DNA of 64,000 bases, taken from positions 312,001 through 376,000 of the forward strand of contig CM075998.1 in NCBI GenBank assembly GCA_038087875.1. The letters run 5' to 3'. A program made the translations under genes and the position numbers. The stretch is from Malacoraja senta (taxonomy: Eukaryota). Below, piece by piece: positions 61,479 through 64,000 of this stretch. The notes beneath the pieces are model-generated. The model saw nothing but the letters and a program-made list of their open reading frames with translations, was not told the origin of the DNA and did not search any database. Each line of letters starts with the position of its first letter. Position 1 is the stretch's first letter.

Positions 61479-61574
61479 CGAGAAAGATTGAAAGGTGTTT
61501 GGTGTTGAAAAAGGGCCTGGGTGGGCCACAGTGGTCAGTGAATGTTCAGCAAATATTTAGGAATGTAAATATTT

Positions 61575-62082
61575 TGCTCTTATTGCAAGAAGATTTGACC
61601 ACAGGAGTAGAGACGTCTGATCTGATTGTATAGGACCATGTCTTCAACATTGTGTACAAATCTGGTCGCATTATCTAAGAAAGAGTTTGACAGAGACAAA
61701 AAGGACCACCAGGTTGATTCCTATGATGGCAGCTTTGCTGCACAAGGTGAAGATTAAGCTGACTGGCCCTGTACTGTCTTGAGTTTGGAAGAATGAGAGG
61801 TTCTCATTGAAATGTACAAAGGGATTAGTCATTCATCACTGAGATGAGATGAAATCTCTTATCCAAAGGGTGGTAGAACTTTTACATGTTTTACCCGGGT
61901 GCTGCAGAGACTCACTTGCTATGTATATCAGAGACAGAACTTGATAGATTTTTGAATATAAATGGAATTGAGGGGGAGTGCAGGCAAATGGCGTCAAGGT
62001 AGAAGATCACGCATGATCACATTGAATGAGGGAGCAGGCAGGAGAGGCTGAACGGCCTCCTGCTATCTCTTGGGTTCTTGTG
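61575..62082 (+). mobile_element. Old degenerate CR1
   Basis: Decayed ORF2 C-terminus and 3' UTR. Confidence 0.65.
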
Positions 62083-62504
62083 TTTAAGCAGGAGCATGGA
62101 GGAACGTAGGTGGATTCCAGGGTGACACTGGTTAAACGATGATGCAGACTGTTTTTAAAGTAAGATAAGGATGTGTTAAAATGAATTGATAAAATGTGTT
62201 AAAATGAATTGATAACTCTTTCCTGTTTCTTAATGTAGTTTGTAAAACAAAAAAATAGTTTCCTCTTGGATGAGCTGCAAGCATTACCAGTTTATCTGAA
62301 AAATGCTTCCCGAGAAGTAGACTGTCCCATCATGCAGTCAGATCAGAAAAACACCTCAACCACCTGATGTTGACCCCAGCAGTTCCCGCCTAATTGCCTG
62401 TATTTAGCTTTTTTTCTGAATGCATGAGGATGAGTGGGATGGCACAGCAGAAATGCAGCAATGCAGATGGTGCTCTGATCAGAGTGTAAGCTTATAGTTT
62501 TTTC

Positions 62505-62800
62505 AGTTTAGAGATACAGCGCGGAAACAGGCCCCTTCGACCCACCGAGTCTGCACCGACCAGCGATCCCTGCACACTAACACTACCCTACACACACTAG
62601 GAACAATTTACATTTACACCTAGCCAGTTAACCTGCAAACCTGTACGTCTTTGGAGTGTGGGAGGAAACCGAAGTTCTCTGAGAAAACCCACGCGGTCAC
62701 GGGGAGAACGTACAAACTCCGTACAGACAGCACCTTTAGTCAGGATTGGACCCGGATCTCTGCTGCTGTAAGGCAGCAACTCTACCGCTGCGCCACTGTG
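62505..62800 (-). mobile_element. V-SINE (HE1-like)
   Basis: Same family as 44318-44625. Confidence 0.88.
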
Positions 62801-64000
62801 GGTCGAAGGCTAGAACGTCCTGGCAGCCTTTGATAGCTCACTGGCTGTCAATGAATTTAAATAGTTATTGAATAACTCTGCTCGATTTAAAAACTATTCA
62901 CACAGATTTAAATAATTTTAAAATAACACAAAATAATTTAATAAAACATCAAAGTGAAAATAGCTCAAGCGCTCTCTTTTCTTCACAGTCAGTGACCCTC
63001 GGATCAAATGAATAAAGCCACTCTAGCAGATACAGTAGTGGCATTTAAGAGGCTTTTGGAACGGCACCCAGATGTGCAGGGATTATGTACGGGCAGATGA
63101 GACCAGTCTAACTTTGCATCATGTTTGACGAGACCATTGTGGAGTGAATGGTCCGTGCCTGTGCAGTTTTACATCTCGCCAAAGTTCAGTGTGCACATTG
63201 CGCCTTTTAACTTTAAACATTTAGCTTTGACAAGGTTGCTGCAATCATGAAATGACTTTTATAAGCACTAACGTTTGAGGGGATAGAATTCAGGATCTCT
63301 GTTTAGATGCTAAAAATGAAATTATATTCACCGAGGAAAATGTAACCCAACATATCATGTCTGAACTCGAAAAAGATTGTCGATACCTCTCTGGTATGCA
63401 GTACACAGTGAAGAACTAGTTTAGCAGATTTTCAGTAAAATCCAAAGAAGTAAATTTTGAACTACAGATGACAACCTGTGTAATGACCGTTTGGGTTACA
63501 GAAATTTGCCCTTACAGATTGCACTATTCACCACCCAAAAATTTGAGATGGGGAATAAAATTCACATGTGCCTAGGTACAGTAAAATTCTTATTTTGCTT
63601 ACAGGTCAGTAAAAATCTTACTATTCATGGCACAATTCTACTTTAATATAATTATGTCTCATTTGCATGTCACTCCTGTACTTGTCTAATGTGCATTCAG
63701 GTTATTCTGTATGTGGCAACTCTCTATGGTTGAGTTTTGTTGTCATGTGTACTGACGTAGTGAAAAGCTTTTGTGTGAAAAGCTCTTTCATTCTGTGCAC
63801 GTTGGTGCCAGCATATCCCCCTTTGTACGAGTACGGGGGGGGGGGGGTCAAACTGGAAAGGGTACAGAGAAGATTTATGAGGAGGTAGACAAAATTGCTG
63901 GAGAAACTCAGTGGGTGCGGCAGCATCTATGGAGCGAAGGAGATATGCAATGTTTCGGGTCAAAACCCTTCTTCAGACCTGAAGTTTGAGTCTGAAGAAG

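Noticed and set aside
62171..62216. 23-bp tandem duplication
   Set aside because: Ordinary slippage duplication with no further structure
36000..64000. Expected head-to-head neighbour gene (for example an RBMS-family gene) on the plus strand
   Set aside because: No recognisable coding exon found; isolated acceptor-like sites (36389, 46990, 53880, 57081) lack supporting frames

Overview
Eukaryotic, repeat-rich vertebrate DNA, most likely a cartilaginous fish (skate/ray-like repeat landscape: HE1-type V-SINEs, HER1/CR1 LINEs, Rex-Babar, Penelope-like elements). The only host protein gene I can support is a minus-strand glutaminase (GLS2-like). Nine phase-compatible coding exons (equivalent to exons 2-10) lie between 20557 and 1678, one with a GC-AG intron; the first coding exon cannot be located. 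The left end holds the 3' part of an endogenous retrovirus (internally deleted but open env ORF plus a 532-bp LTR) inserted antisense in a gls intron. The most striking signal is roughly 40-45 short Penelope pLTR-derived insertions of two subfamilies. They carry a minimal hammerhead-ribozyme-like core (CTGAAGA-stem-GAAACGTH), often form fold-back hairpins and have 12-17 bp target-site duplications. There is a 200-N assembly gap at 25168-25367 and a candidate bidirectional CpG promoter near 35.5-35.9 kb. Nearly all other ORFs in the track are spurious or repeat-derived. Repeat boundaries are approximate (read by eye).
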